Positions 43,591 to 44,072 of a DNA stretch of 44,072 bases are shown one piece after another. Under the pieces are notes generated by a model. It saw only the letters and a list, made by a program, of their open reading frames with translations, had not been told where the DNA came from and made no database searches. Position 1 is the first letter of the stretch. Every line of letters starts with the position of its first letter. The translations under genes and the position numbers were made by a program. Source of the DNA: an uncultured Lachnobacterium sp. (GTDB lineage Bacteria > Bacillota > Clostridia > Lachnospirales > Lachnospiraceae); assembly GCA_900549895.1 (NCBI GenBank), contig URQG01000001.1, positions 1 through 44,072 on the forward strand, read 5' to 3'.

Positions 43591-43652
43591 TCAGCCCATT
43601 GAAATTTGCCTCCGGCAAATTGCGGTACATCTCTGATGTATCGCTCGGCTGA
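43591..43652. repeat. Structured intergenic element containing a copy of the fliL-fliM repeat unit
   Basis: Outer stem TCAGCC/GGCTGA encloses AATTTGCC-TCC-GGCAAATT and GCGGTACATC-TCT-GATGTATCGC. 43619-43645 is the reverse complement of 16191-16217 at 26/27. Confidence 0.85.
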
Positions 43653-43660
43653 CACAATTC

Positions 43661-44072
43661 TTATTCTACCCAGAATACACGGTTTGGCTTGCGCTCAGCA
43701 GCTTCCGGCATCTCACCGTCGATGTATCCGACCGCACAATGTCCGATACCTTCCCACTCGCCTTCAACACCGAGTTCCTTCAAAAGCTGCTGATACTCCG
43801 GCATCTCAAACTCTTCCTTCGCTCTATGGATCCAGATGCTTCCAAGTCCGAGTGAATGTGCGGCAAGCATCATGTTGCCCATCACAAGACTTCCGTCATA
43901 TACACGATTTCTCCAATCTTTCTCCGCAAGAACGATCAGAATTGCCGGTGCTCCGTAAAACGGATCAATGCCCTCATCCCAACCACCGATCTTGCAGTTG
44001 ATCGCTGATAATTTATCGCGCAGCTCCTTGTTCGTGACCGCAACCGTGATCGTTGCCTGTCTTCCCATGCCG
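43661..44072 (-). CDS. Nitroreductase family protein, 5'-partial
   Basis: GMGRQ (end of the APSxxxxQ motif), FYGAP, NMMLAAHSLGLGSIWI, AVGY; the frame is open to the window edge. Confidence 0.9.
   Translation of the reverse strand, partial: GMGRQATITVAVTNKELRDKLSAINCKIGGWDEGIDPFYGAPAILIVLAEKDWRNRVYDGSLVMGNMMLAAHSLGLGSIWIHRAKEEFEMPEYQQLLKELGVEGEWEGIGHCAVGYIDGEMPEAAERKPNRVFWVE

Overview
The window looks like a Clostridia chromosome segment, probably Lachnospiraceae, with almost every gene on the minus strand. Bases 1-48 are an untrimmed Illumina Nextera adapter, which cuts off fliA/sigD. Bases 49-30050 hold a large flagellar and chemotaxis locus: flgBC-fliEFGHIJ-ylxF-fliK-flgD-[flagellar operon protein]-flgE, a terminator and new promoter, then motAB-fliLMY-fliOPQR-flhBAFG-PilZ-cheBAWCD-hyp-fliA. 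No cheY or flbD is present at their usual positions. Upstream lie codY, topA, dprA, comM, a sigK with no pro-sequence, an HD/DUF5662-like gene, a GlgX-like protein lacking its catalytic residues, DUF1292 (+ strand), a UvrD/PcrA helicase, gltX, a stand-alone FakA middle-domain protein and a partial nitroreductase. The best leads are: (1) a switchable structured RNA between the uncharacterised flagellar operon protein and flgE, possibly a protein-RNA module controlling hook synthesis; (2) a 30-bp palindromic array between fliL and fliM with a 26/27-identical inverted copy 27 kb away; (3) a Prp-protease-like motif at the FlhB N-terminus; (4) Na+-type stator signatures; (5) the GlgX pseudoenzyme-HD-sigK cluster. 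No CRISPR array, prophage or transposase was seen. All structures were folded by eye and all family calls come from motif recognition, not database searches.
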